Shown here: piece after piece, positions 1-10,770 of the stretch | Numbering within the stretch: the first letter of the stretch is position 1 | Layout: each line of letters opens with the position of its first letter | Origin: Candidatus Thorarchaeota archaeon | GTDB taxonomy: Archaea > Asgardarchaeota > Thorarchaeia > Thorarchaeales > Thorarchaeaceae | DNA: 64,000 nt | Assembly (NCBI GenBank): GCA_963726195.1 | Contig: CAVSBO010000018.1 | Location: forward strand, 55,894-119,893 | Reading direction: 5' to 3' | Position numbers and translations under genes: made by a program | The notes under the pieces: generated by a model | Database searches by the model: none | Seen by the model: only the letters and a program-made list of their open reading frames with translations | Told to the model about the DNA's origin: nothing

Positions 1-412
1 CGTCTGGGGCGCAGCTTCAGACCGCCTTGGGCGCGAGAACACAATGTATGCGATGTTCTCGGTACTTGCATCAGCAATGTTCGTCTTTTCAATCATTTCA
101 AGTCCGTTGATTGAGGTGACTTGGCCCATAGTGTTGGCTGTTGGCTCTGTGGTTGGATTCTGCTTCGGCGGCAATTTCGCATTGTTTCCGGCATCGACTG
201 CCGACCTCTACGGTTCAAAGAACGTGGGCAAGAACTACGGTGTGGTGTTCACAGCCTATGGAATTGCTGGAATTCTAGGTGGACTCGTAGCTGGCTTGTT
301 TGTTCAGTGGACCGGTGGCTACAGGACGGCATTCCTCATAACAGGACTTCTAGCTGTTATGGCATCGCTCCTGACTTTCAAATTGAAGTCGGTAAGGAAG
401 AGAAGACAGTAG
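1..412 (+). CDS. MFS transporter, OFA/oxalate:formate antiporter-like (5'-truncated by window)
   Basis: C-terminal TM helices with GFCFGGNFALFPASTADLYGSKNVGKNYG, typical of OFA-family MFS; directly upstream of acs. Confidence 0.8.
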   Translation, partial: VWGAASDRLGRENTMYAMFSVLASAMFVFSIISSPLIEVTWPIVLAVGSVVGFCFGGNFALFPASTADLYGSKNVGKNYGVVFTAYGIAGILGGLVAGLFVQWTGGYRTAFLITGLLAVMASLLTFKLKSVRKRRQ

Positions 413-562
413 TATATCGTAGCTTGAGGTCAGAGGGAATCAGTGCCTTCTGGCCTCTTCCTCTTTTCGATTTCATTAATTCTTATAGGACGCCAAAGGT
501 ACTCAGGCGAGTGCTAGACAAGCTTTATAATCAGTCAAAAGGGGTCGGCCGTCAAACTATCG

Positions 563-2571
563 ATGGTACCGGTGACCACCTTGTCTGTTGAAAAGAAAAT
601 CACAGTTTACAGCCATGAGGCCAGGCAGTTCCCACCTCCTAAGGGCTTTCCAGAGAAGGCGTACATCAAGTCCGCCGAGGAACGAAAGAAGCTCTGGGAG
701 GAATCAATCAAGAACCCTGACAAGTTCTGGCTTGATATCGCAAAGAAGCTTTGTTACTGGAAGAAAGTCCCGACCAAGGGATTCGACTGGAAAGATCCCA
801 AAGGCGCTCGTTTCACTTGGTTTGAGGACGGCATCACTAACATGGCCTACAACTGCCTCGACAAGCATATCGAGGCTGGCAAGGGCAAGCAAGTTGCTCT
901 GATCTGGCAGGGCGAGCCGGAGAAGGACTCATTGACCTTCACATACGAACAGCTACGGGATGAGGTCAACAAGCTTGCTAATGTCCTCAAATCCTTCGGT
1001 GTCAAGAAGGGCGACAGGGTCTCAATCTATCTGCCCATGATTCCTGAGCTTGCCATTTCCATGCTGGCTTGCACTCGAATTGGCGCTGTTCACAGCGTGG
1101 TATTCGGCGGTTTCAGCTCAGATGCACTGAGAGAGCGGATTGATGACTGCAAGTCCAAGCTCCTCATCACTTCTGACGGCAGCTACCGGAGCGGAAAGGT
1201 AGTGCCACTCAAGGACAATGCTGACATCTCTCTTAAGGACACACCATCCATAGAGAAGGTCATAGTCGTCAAGAGGACTGGCTCAGAGATCAAGATGACC
1301 AAGGGCCGTGATGAGTGGTATCACGAATTGATGAAGAAAGCCTCTCCAAAGTGCGAAACCGAGTGGGTAAATGCCGAGGACCCGCTCTACATTCTCTATA
1401 CATCAGGTTCGACCGGCAAGCCAAAGGGCGTGCTCCACACGCTAGGCGGTTACATGGTCTATTGTGCCAAGAGCTTTTGGACATATTTGATTGGCATCAA
1501 GGTGATATTTACTGGTGCACCGCCGACATCGGCTGGGTCACAGGACATAGCTATATCGTGTACGGTCCACTTTGCGCAGGCGCAACTACTCTCATGTTCG
1601 AAGGAATTCCGACCTATCCTGACAACGATCGTTTCTGGCAGGTTTGCGAGAAGTTCAAGGTGAACGAGTTCTACACTGCACCAACTGCCCTCCGTTCCCT
1701 GATGAAGTTCGGCGACGACCCGGTCAAGAAGCACAAGCTCACGAGCATAAGGCTCTTGGGCACAGTGGGAGAACCGATTAATCCTGAGGCCTGGATCTGG
1801 TATCACAAAGTCGTGGGTGGCGAGAGATGCCCTATAGTTGACACGTACTGGCAGACCGAGACAGGCGGAGTAGTGATTACTCCTCTTCCGGGAGCGACAA
1901 TACTGAAGCCCGGTAGCGCGACTCTGCCCTACTTTGGAGTCGATCCCATAATCGTTGCAGAGGATGGCAAGCCAACAGGTGTCAACGAAGGCGGATACCT
2001 CTGTATCAAGAAGCCGTGGCCCGGTCTCATGAGGACTGTATACGGCAACCATGAACGGTTCATCAACACCTACTGGGTCCAGTACAAGGATCCCAAGACA
2101 GGACTGCCCATGTACATGACGGGCGATGGCTCGCGACAGGACGAGGATGGCTACTTCTGGGTAATGGGTCGAGTTGACGACGTTCTGAAGGTATCCGGTC
2201 ACAGGCTCGGAACTGCCGAGATAGAGTCCGCATTTGTGAGTCATCCTGCAGTGGCAGAGTCTGCAGTTGTCGGATTCCCACATGATATCAAGGGCGAAGC
2301 AATCTATGCTTTCGTTACGCTCAAGTCCGGTGTCGCAAAGAGTGACAAGCTGAAGGAGGAACTCCGACAGCACATCCGCAAGGAGATAGGTCCCATTGCC
2401 ACTCCCGACAAGATTCAATTCGCCGACGCTCTGCCCAAGACTCGTTCAGGCAAGATCATGAGGCGGATTCTGAAGAAGATTGCTGCGGGAGAAATCAAGG
2501 ATATAGGTGACACATCGACTCTTGCAGACCCTTCTGTCGTGGACACGCTCGTTAAGGACCGAGTTCCATAG
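563..2571 (+). CDS. acs: Acetyl-CoA synthetase (AMP-forming); one apparent frameshift at ~1475
   Basis: [47 protein letters not shown]. ORFs 563-1663 and 1315-2571 join by adding one T to AGCTTTT. Confidence 0.95.
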
Positions 2572-2582
2572 GCTTAGTACGT

Positions 2583-2622
2583 GGAGAGAAGCCCGCGAGG
2601 ACTCTCTCCTTTCTGTTTCTTT
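2583..2622 (+). terminator. Stem-loop plus T-rich tract after acs
   Basis: GGAGAGA...TCTCTCC followed by TTTCTGTTTCTTTT. Confidence 0.55.
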
Positions 2623-2944
2623 TGTCGGCACCTTGATCGAATTATCAGCTGGCTCTGTGAGTGGTTAAGGCACGGGGTCTGTCGGACCAAGCTCCATCGA
2701 GCCCATCTCCGCAAGCTTGAAAGCATTTCAAAGCTATGATATCCTCTGAGATTCGGGACCATAGAAGCCAATCGTGCTGCGAATGCTGAGACTGGCTGGT
2801 GGTGCGCTTCATGTTTCTGTCCGGATTGAGGCTCGCGTGGTAATAGGGATGAATGCTCGGCGAATCATTGGTCACCATCTTGTCTCTGTTGTTTGCATCA
2901 CGGCTATTGGCAATGGCACTGATGCAAGGGGTTGATCTTATAGC

Positions 2945-3762
2945 TTGAGCGCAGATGATTACTATGACAGGGTGGTGGCAGCCCTCAAGATTGAAGACGA
3001 AGGTGAGCGTGTAACGAAAGCAAACGAACTGGGCTTCGAAGTGACAAGGGAGAAGATCAAGCTGAATGATGAGCAGGGCAGCGCTCTATGGAAGACTGCG
3101 GTTGAGAGCATCGGTTCGGGTGACCCATTCGTCTTTGGATTCCTCACGCACATTATCAGCATTAGTTGGCAGAACAAACCCACTCTTGAGGTGTCGATGA
3201 CTCAGGACTCTGGCAGTCTAAGCAGGAAATTCAACATTCCCGGTGCTGAGGCAAAGCTACTCCAGGAGGCTGGGATATTTCAACAAGATGAGTCTGTGTC
3301 TTATTGGGACAGGGCACACTTGTACGTCGGTAACAGAGATATCGATCGCGTTGGAAGCCTATTTCTGACCGACGAGAGAGTAGTGGTGGTTGGGGAGCTT
3401 CTCTCGACTGCGGGGCAAGGAGGGACCTGCTACAAACTCTGTTATGACAACTGGAATCAGCAACCATTCCTTGACGCGGTTGACTACGTATACATGAGCC
3501 AGGTTCGATTGATTAGCACCGAAGGAGATTGGCGTTCACACGGTATCGAGCTGACGGTCGTAACGAAGCATTACGAGGACAAGAGAGAGAAGTCTGTCAG
3601 ACCCGAACTTCTTCAGGACGGGCTCTCCCTCCAAGCTCAAAGCCACTGAGGGACCCATCAAGATTGTACTTGAGGCAAGAAAGTCTGTCAGGCGCGGAAG
3701 ATCCGAAGGTTCGTCATGAAGCGCTCTTGCGCAAATTGAAGCAACATACTAGTCTCAAGTAG
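2945..3762 (+). CDS. Hypothetical protein, possible PH-like C-terminal domain; probable frameshift(s) near the 3' end
   Basis: 234-aa ORF with GSLFLTDERVVVV; protein-like sequence continues in other frames to 3762. Confidence 0.5.
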
Positions 3763-3934
3763 ATGTCACTCGTCAATCAGTCATGGGCATTGCTATTGTG
3801 AGCTACCTGCAGACGCGAGTCTATTGAGTACTTGAATCTAGGTGTGCGAAGGAGTCTGCGCTCCTGTGGGTCGAGATGTGCTTGTGACAGTCCCGGTTCT
3901 CCGGCGAGCCCACCATGACTGCACTTGGTCGACT

Positions 3935-4804
3935 TTAGTCGACGAAGCTGAGCTTGATGAGAACCACTAGAGTCACCAGAAGGAAAATGAATGTGATACC
4001 CATGAGGGTGGGGCCTGTAAATGTGAAATCCGGGCCTTGAGTACTTAATGCAGGACCGAGCTTCAAGTCCTCATTGAGGAAATTGACCAGAGTGTGAATC
4101 GTAATCGGGCCGGCCAACGTAGCTCTTGAGCTGAATTTCTCATAATATGTACCGAAGAACAGCCCTAGGATCGCCGTAAAGACGAGCATTGAAACTGCTT
4201 GTGAAAGTGAGCCGTTGCCGGAAAGTGCATCTACGGCCGGCCAGCAAAGATGCCATATCCCAAAGGCCAATGCGGAAATCATGATTGCTCTGTTAGGTGT
4301 GAATCGAGGCCTAAGGCCATTCTGAATCAGACCACGGAATAGAGTCTCTTCGAGGAGGGCATTTGTGAAGAAGAAGATGAACTGGTACCAAAGGATGTCG
4401 GCATAAAGGACAGTGAGGTTGAGAGGGTATGATTGATTGAAGAAGGTCTCAAAAACCAAGGGCGGGACAATCTCAATCAGAACATACATGGAGCAACCAA
4501 TTATGAAGCCAATCAACACTTGGATTCTGAGTTGTCTGCGATTCAATCCAAGTACTGTTCCAACCTCTGCTCTCCGGTACTTCAGAAACAACCCTAAGAT
4601 GATGAGAAAGGGAAAAAGCTTCGAGGGCATTATGTTAATCCAAGTCGCTCCAAGTCCAAGTACGAAGACATCAACTACTCTCCATATGACCGCCATAACA
4701 AGTATAAGTCCTGCTAGCGGCAACAGCCCGATGCGAGACCAGAACGGCTGCTGTCTAACAGCAGGGTGCGAAGATGGTCTCTCGACAGACTGAGTCGTGG
4801 TCAT
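3935..4804 (-). CDS. CPBP/Abi-family (CAAX-like) intramembrane metalloprotease
   Basis: EETLFRG, FGIWH and HTLVN motifs; ATGA overlap with the upstream gene. Confidence 0.9.
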   Translation of the reverse strand: MTTTQSVERPSSHPAVRQQPFWSRIGLLPLAGLILVMAVIWRVVDVFVLGLGATWINIMPSKLFPFLIILGLFLKYRRAEVGTVLGLNRRQLRIQVLIGFIIGCSMYVLIEIVPPLVFETFFNQSYPLNLTVLYADILWYQFIFFFTNALLEETLFRGLIQNGLRPRFTPNRAIMISALAFGIWHLCWPAVDALSGNGSLSQAVSMLVFTAILGLFFGTYYEKFSSRATLAGPITIHTLVNFLNEDLKLGPALSTQGPDFTFTGPTLMGITFIFLLVTLVVLIKLSFVD

Positions 4805-5478
4805 GGCGAAACCCTCGTGCGTGTGGATGGCTCTACGAGCTTCGGGGCTGCAGGGCGTCCTCGTCTGAACCATGGGTTGATGAGAGCCAGAGTCGTTATT
4901 CCACTACTGAGAGCGACAAGGATGTTGTCGACGATCACTGAGCTAGCGACCAGCTGACTTATGAAAGCGAGGACGAAGGCAAGAACCATTAGTCCGCTCC
5001 TGACCTCTCTCAAACGTCCTGTTCGCCAAGTTATTGAGAAAGTTACAATTAAGGCTATCATGAAAACAAGCAGTATCGGAATGCAAAGCAGCATGACCAA
5101 ATTGTCTGACGGTGCAAACAAAGTCACGATAGCCCAGTACAAAGCGAGCACGCCGAGAATCCTCGAGTACCTGCGATGCAACCTAGGCAACCAGACGTTC
5201 AACACAATCACTGCCAAAGGAAGGACAGTTCCGAATATGATAAGCGCTCGAACTCGGAACAGGGCAGATGAGGCTTCGACAATCCCTAGGTTTGGAAGAA
5301 GTTTGATGATACTGTTCACAGCTTGCGCTACGAACATTATTCCAAACATCAGGGGCAAGTCGGTGTAGAGGTGGTTCTTCTGTCTAAGCCACAGTGAAAT
5401 TAGAAACAGTGCTAATACAATGGAGAACACTGAAGAAGACAGAGTCGCGAACGATGCTAGGTCGATGGTGAGCTGCAT
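4801..5478 (-). CDS. Multi-pass (~7 TM) membrane protein
   Basis: Successive hydrophobic helices; start MQLTIDL after AAGGAAGAG. Confidence 0.75.
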   Translation of the reverse strand: MQLTIDLASFATLSSSVFSIVLALFLISLWLRQKNHLYTDLPLMFGIMFVAQAVNSIIKLLPNLGIVEASSALFRVRALIIFGTVLPLAVIVLNVWLPRLHRRYSRILGVLALYWAIVTLFAPSDNLVMLLCIPILLVFMIALIVTFSITWRTGRLREVRSGLMVLAFVLAFISQLVASSVIVDNILVALSSGITTLALINPWFRRGRPAAPKLVEPSTRTRVSP

Positions 5479-5750
5479 GCAATCTCTTCCTTTCTTTGAT
5501 TTGACGCACTGTCCGGTACTATACAATAAAAGCACCAACAATTTCCGTGCACACTCGCAGGCGTCGGCTTGACTTGTTCTTGTTGAGTTCTGGTAGTCAA
5601 GGACGCAGCGCCGCCCGTCGTATGCGGTCTGTACTGCCTTTGCGTAGTTATCCAAGAAATCGGGCTTTCGTCGAAAAATATCGCGCCGTACTCGCGACCC
5701 TTAAATAACCCATCAGGATGCTCTGCTGATTCACAGACAATCAAGAAACG

Positions 5751-6630
5751 GTGATCCCCTTGTGTGACTGGTGCATGAAGCATGGCGCGGGCGGCAAGTG
5801 GTACATGAATGCCCGCAATTACTCCTACGAGCTGGCAGACGAGTACAATATGAAAGAGTACTTGGAAGAGCAATGGAAGAACATGGAGACTCTGTTCATC
5901 CGAAAGATTACGGGCTTCAGTTCCATTGGTCTAGGGTACAAAATGCAGATGCCGCTTATTGGACGTTATCTAAGGTCAAGTGCTGAGAAGATGATACACA
6001 GTGAGAAGCCAGGGCGAAATCCGGTTAGAGCTGATGGTCACTTCGGACAAGTCATTCCGCTTGAGGATGCTCAGCACATTCTTGGCAACTTGGCGGCTGA
6101 GCCTATCATAAAGAACTATTGTGTGTGCAGGTGGATGCAGAGGGGTGTGAAAGATGCCGTATGCATTAACTTCGGGTGCTTGAGCCAAATCATCCCAAAG
6201 CTCACAAGATACATCCCGCTGGATGAGAAATGGCAGCTGAGATTGAGAGGAAGCAATCGCAGCCCTTGAGACACAGAACAAGAAAGGATACGTAGCGTCT
6301 GTCTGGTTCCAGCCAGTCCCTTACATCAATGCGATTTGCTCGTGCGAGAGTCCGGAGTGTGGAGGTCTGCGCCTGAGGAATGATTTTGGTCTGAGGACAG
6401 TCCTGAAAGGAGAGTATCTCATGACAGTCAACCGAGATAACTGCCAAGGCTGCAAGGCGTGTGTAAGGATGTGTCAGTTCGGGGCTCTCAGATATCTCCC
6501 ATCGATCAACAAGGTGATAATCAATCACGACAAATGCTTCGGCTGTGGGGTTTGTCGTCACGCATGCAAGAATGATGCCCTTCAATTGGTACCGAGGGAG
6601 TCCGTGCCAGGACAGGCCAAGAATTTCTAG
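5751..6630 (+). CDS. 4Fe-4S dicluster-domain protein; apparent frameshift at ~6240
   Basis: N-terminal CDWC and CVC...CINFG; C-terminal CQGCKACVRMC and CFGCGVCRHAC ferredoxin motifs. Confidence 0.8.
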
Positions 6631-6644
6631 GAGAGGTGGGTCGA

Positions 6645-6929
6645 ATGGGCAAGACGAAGATTAAGATTGACTACAAGAAGTGCGGACCTAAAGGCACGAT
6701 GGATCCCAGAGAGTGCAGGAAGTGTTTGAACGTCTGTGATCCTGCAGTATTCCTGATGCATCCAACCCTAGAGAAGCATCCTGATCCCTACAATCCGGAG
6801 AAGTGGGTTGTTACTCCTGTCTGGCCAGACGTTTGCACTTCCTGCGGGAAATGCGTCTCATCGTGTCCGGTGGAGGCTATCAAGGTCTCGCCTGGGGACT
6901 CACTATACAAGATGCGCATGCATGGTTGA
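6645..6929 (+). CDS. Ferredoxin (4Fe-4S)
   Basis: CRKCLNVC and CTSCGKCVSSCP; SD GAGGTGG. Confidence 0.85.
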   Translation: MGKTKIKIDYKKCGPKGTMDPRECRKCLNVCDPAVFLMHPTLEKHPDPYNPEKWVVTPVWPDVCTSCGKCVSSCPVEAIKVSPGDSLYKMRMHG

Positions 6930-6979
6930 TAGAGCAGAAGGGCACGCTGGATGTCTCCCTTCTCGCCCTTGTCTCAATG

Positions 6980-7996
6980 TTAGCATTGCTTCATTGTCGT
7001 CACTGGTCTTGCTTGAAGCACAATCAGATGTGAGTCTTTCATACACCACTCTATGTCCTGTGGGCCGCCCAGTATATTCTCCACCTTCGTACCCATCTTG
7101 GCTAGGTTTAGCAGATCGGCATCGTCCAATGTGAAGGCAGTTCGCTTACTTGGAGGCGTATCCTGAAGCACGATTCCATGTTGTTGCTCGGATGCGCTCA
7201 CAGCCGCGAATGTAACCTTTGACCCAAGCACACGCTGCACGACTCTCAAAGGGTCTCTCTGGATAAAGAACGTATCCGGGACTACCTTCCCTGAGACCAA
7301 CGGTTCTCCCAAACCCCATGTGGATTCGATGATGATTTGTGACGGATCATTCGTTACAGTGTTGACGGTGAACATGACACCGGAGACATCCGCACCAACC
7401 ATCTCTTGCACGATTACGCCCATCCTCACCTTGCTTAGGGGAACACCCATTTCGTGCAGATAAAGAGCCGCGCGGAAGGAAACCGCCGACTGCCAAGTTC
7501 TTCTCACAGAATCAATGATATTCTCAATTCCATTGACACACAAGAAGCTCTCTGCCTGACCTGCAAACGAGATTTGGTTACCGTCCTCGACATTTGCTGA
7601 TGACCGAATCGCATATCCTGCACCATGTTCGTGCGCCATCGATCTCAGCCGCGTAAACGCATCCATAATCTGTTTCTTGGTTTCACCGGGCATTCTCCAA
7701 GACGAACCAAGTCTTTCAAGATCTGCGGCGTAGTTCATGGTTTCTTCTATATCCGTAGGCGATTCTAGCCGCTGTAGTATTCTGTCCGACCCCTCCAGAC
7801 CCGCAAGGAATTCAGAGAAACAATCTGATGATATGGAGAAGCCGATTGGGACTTTCAGCCCTGCCCTGTGCAGCCGAGCAAGATTCACTGCCTTACCGCC
7901 GAACCTTTCCAAGTCGTCCTCGCCTATTGCCTCAAAGAAAGAAACGCATGACTGTGTTGGTGCTGATGACTTGGTTGGTGAGTGATGACGAGCCAA
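6980..7996 (-). CDS. Stand-alone PEP synthase/PPDK N-terminal nucleotide-binding (ATP-grasp) protein
   Basis: GGKAVNL, AIRSSANVEDG-SFAGQ, SGVMFT, WGLGEPLVSG, PQDIEW, LQARPVT; ends without a His domain. Confidence 0.9.
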   Translation of the reverse strand: MARHHSPTKSSAPTQSCVSFFEAIGEDDLERFGGKAVNLARLHRAGLKVPIGFSISSDCFSEFLAGLEGSDRILQRLESPTDIEETMNYAADLERLGSSWRMPGETKKQIMDAFTRLRSMAHEHGAGYAIRSSANVEDGNQISFAGQAESFLCVNGIENIIDSVRRTWQSAVSFRAALYLHEMGVPLSKVRMGVIVQEMVGADVSGVMFTVNTVTNDPSQIIIESTWGLGEPLVSGKVVPDTFFIQRDPLRVVQRVLGSKVTFAAVSASEQQHGIVLQDTPPSKRTAFTLDDADLLNLAKMGTKVENILGGPQDIEWCMKDSHLIVLQARPVTTMKQC

Positions 7997-8036
7997 TTCA
8001 TCTTGCTCCGGACGCGATTGTTAGGTGATCTCTCAG

Positions 8037-8411
8037 TCAGTCAGATACCAGAAGGACACCACCAATACCTTCTTCGGGCTTGATTACGACTCTGCGTCTG
8101 TCCAAGCTCTCTGACGTCTCAAGCTTAGTCCCCATGAGTGCGGGAATCTGGAATTCGCGTGTAACAATAGTTAGATGTGAGCCAAGCGCCCCTGATGTAC
8201 AGACCACACCTGCGAGTTTGGACAGTACTGGTGCAAGAGTCGTTGTACCTGCGTCTTCAACAAGAACTATCTTGCCTTCTGGTCCCTCTTTCCAAAGCCG
8301 GACGACGTCTTGGATTGATTTGATGACTCTCATCTCCCCTTCAGCACTGAGCTTCAGGGTAATCAATCCCTGTCCGACTCTCCTCAAAGCAAGCAGTTCC
8401 ACCAAATCCAT
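8037..8411 (-). CDS. Stand-alone PEP-utilizing mobile (phospho-His swivel) domain protein
   Basis: GVVCTSGALGSHLTIVTREFQIPA motif with the catalytic His. Confidence 0.9.
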   Translation of the reverse strand: MDLVELLALRRVGQGLITLKLSAEGEMRVIKSIQDVVRLWKEGPEGKIVLVEDAGTTTLAPVLSKLAGVVCTSGALGSHLTIVTREFQIPALMGTKLETSESLDRRRVVIKPEEGIGGVLLVSD

Positions 8412-8611
8412 TTTTTGCGCAAAACGCCTGAAGGCATCTTAAAAGACTGGTGCATTCTTGGTGCCATATTATCACTCGGATGCCAAGATGCAGTTGATTA
8501 TCGAAACCCGCCGATATACATCCTTTGAAGGTCTGAAACGTTTAATATTGCCTAGGGGATGGGGCGCTGTTTCAGAAAGCGGCTACATTTCTTCACGGAG
8601 TTGTGATTTGA

Positions 8612-9769
8612 TTGCAGGTTCGAGACGCGAACAAACAGATTGCTCATCTTTCTACAGTCTTCTCAAACATCCTACTGGAACGGGGTCTGCTCGAGTCCAA
8701 GCTCTTCCCTGTCAATGCCTACATATGTGTTGCATTCTACCAGACATATGCATGTCTCTACGATGTGATGAAACAGGTCTGGCAGAAGATATCGCCTGAA
8801 GAGCTTGCCAAGAGAAGCAAGACGCTGCTCTCAGAGGTTCAGGCACTATCAATAACCTACCTGTGGCTCTACTATTCGCTTGCAAGAATGGGGGTTATCT
8901 TCAACAAGTCCGAGAGTGACGCATCAAAGGAGCCGAAGGAGAAACGTGAGCAGTGGCTCTTTATGCTGGACAACTGGTACAGGCTCGCCACCAATTACTT
9001 CAATACAGGCAAGCCGACGGTCTCAGCTTCGGGCGGCACGAACTTAGCATTTGACAAGAAGACTATCGGCTGGTTGCTAGACCGGATGCAGCCAGTGAAT
9101 GAAGCACAAGTCAGCAAGGTCAGACGTGCTATAGGCTCTGTAGACCTGTACGCATTCATGGACGAATGTGAAGCACGAGCGAAGATCATCGACCATGGTC
9201 CATATCCATTGGGCAAAGACGAGTCTCTGGTCGTTTCAGAGTACACGAACCTGCACGACGGAAAAGGCGAGTTGTGGATGCCGTGGTCCAATACTGAGGC
9301 CAAGCTCCCTTCATCCACATTAGGTATTGCCATGGTCCTGAAGGGTGCGACTGCGACGTTCAATGATGTCGGCACGATGACGATTGAACCTACTGAGTAC
9401 GCAGGGCTCGTAACGAGGATGATGGCGTACACGAAGCGAGGCGGCAAAATCGTTCCATTGGGTCTCGATGAACTTCCTTCGTATGGCGATGCTGCCGATA
9501 AGGCTCAGGCTGAGCTCTACATGAAGTTCGCAGAGTGGGACAGAAAGCAACTCCTGACTGCTGGAGCCATAGCGTATTGGAGGGGCTTTGCTAGATACAC
9601 GAATCAGGTTGGCATAACTCAGAAGATGGACTGGGGCCTTTCACCCAAGGTACTGGACGAGTATCTACCGACCTTCATGGAAGTCGACGCGGACCCTGCA
9701 TTCTTCAGGATGTTCCGAGAGCAGGAGGAGCAGGACAAGGATCCCACACTCTATTTGCTTCCAGAGTGA
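8612..9769 (+). CDS. Hypothetical protein (385 aa), divergent from the PEP-utilizer genes
   Basis: Long ORF with typical composition; no recognised motif. Confidence 0.75.
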   Translation: MQVRDANKQIAHLSTVFSNILLERGLLESKLFPVNAYICVAFYQTYACLYDVMKQVWQKISPEELAKRSKTLLSEVQALSITYLWLYYSLARMGVIFNKSESDASKEPKEKREQWLFMLDNWYRLATNYFNTGKPTVSASGGTNLAFDKKTIGWLLDRMQPVNEAQVSKVRRAIGSVDLYAFMDECEARAKIIDHGPYPLGKDESLVVSEYTNLHDGKGELWMPWSNTEAKLPSSTLGIAMVLKGATATFNDVGTMTIEPTEYAGLVTRMMAYTKRGGKIVPLGLDELPSYGDAADKAQAELYMKFAEWDRKQLLTAGAIAYWRGFARYTNQVGITQKMDWGLSPKVLDEYLPTFMEVDADPAFFRMFREQEEQDKDPTLYLLPE

Positions 9770-9789
9770 TGCACGGATAATGCACAGCG

Positions 9790-10696
9790 GTGACCGACAT
9801 GAGTTCACCTGACGTCGCTGACGAGTACGCTCACAAGCCCTCTGAGCAAGTGGATTGGCGAGAAAGCTTCTACTTCAACTTCGTGGACCCAGACAGAGGA
9901 GTATCTGGTTTCACCACCATTGGTCTGCTCCCAAATGCTCGCAAGAGAGAATTTGTATTCGCCCTATTCCATGACGACAAGCGCGAAGCATACTTCGTTG
10001 AGCCAGAAGGACCGGTTCCGGAGGGTCTTGCAGAGTCCCTCACAGACGGTCACCTTGCCTATGAGATGATAAAGCCGCTCAGTGAGTGGAGAGCTGACTT
10101 TCCATGGAGAGAAGATAGCAGTTGATCTAAGGTGGAAAGCCCGATTTCCAGCGTACGACTTCGGCACCGGAAGCGGTACGTCATGGAGTGGCCACTTTGA
10201 GCAGTCAGAGAGCGTTACCGGCACAATCCAGTTTTCTGATGGCCCGCGGATCAAGATTAATGGGCTCGGGCAGCGTGACAAGAGTTGGGGTGCTCGCGAC
10301 TGGCACATCGAGGGTTGGTACGCACTTCATGCTCAGTTCGATACATTCTCCATTGGACTAAGGCGCGACACTGTCGCAGGGCAAGTTCACTCTTCTGGAT
10401 CTATCTCGTCGCGACGCGGAAACGTACCGATTTCGAATGTTGAAGTGGAGACTGGCTTCTCTGGTGGGAAGGAACAAATGCCGGTCCGGGCCACCACTCA
10501 TGTGTCCGGTGTCGATGGGTCCGACTACACACTTGAGTCTACGCTGATATCACCGACTGCCTTTGTCAGATTCTCAAGACAGTTCCCAGGTGGCTCAACG
10601 GATCTTTTCGAGAACATGGCGATGCATGAATACGGGAAGCAGAATAAGAAGGGGACGGGTCTGACTGAGTGGCTTTTCACACATAGAGGCTCGTAG
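9790..10696 (+). CDS. AttH/lipocalin-like (DUF7064/7065-type) protein; apparent frameshift at ~10090
   Basis: WRESFYFNF, HFEQ, GQRDKSWG.RDW motifs; the two ORFs join by removing one base. Confidence 0.7.
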
Positions 10697-10770
10697 AACT
10701 CACCGCACTCTGTGGGTGGGGATGGAAGGCAGGTCCCTTGCAGGGCCTGCCACGTAATGTAGTCACCCTT

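Noticed and set aside
1459-2418. Long antisense ORFs (also 20559-21569, 36812-37849, 51262-52029)
   Set aside because: They are shadows of well-supported genes on the opposite strand and carry no motifs.
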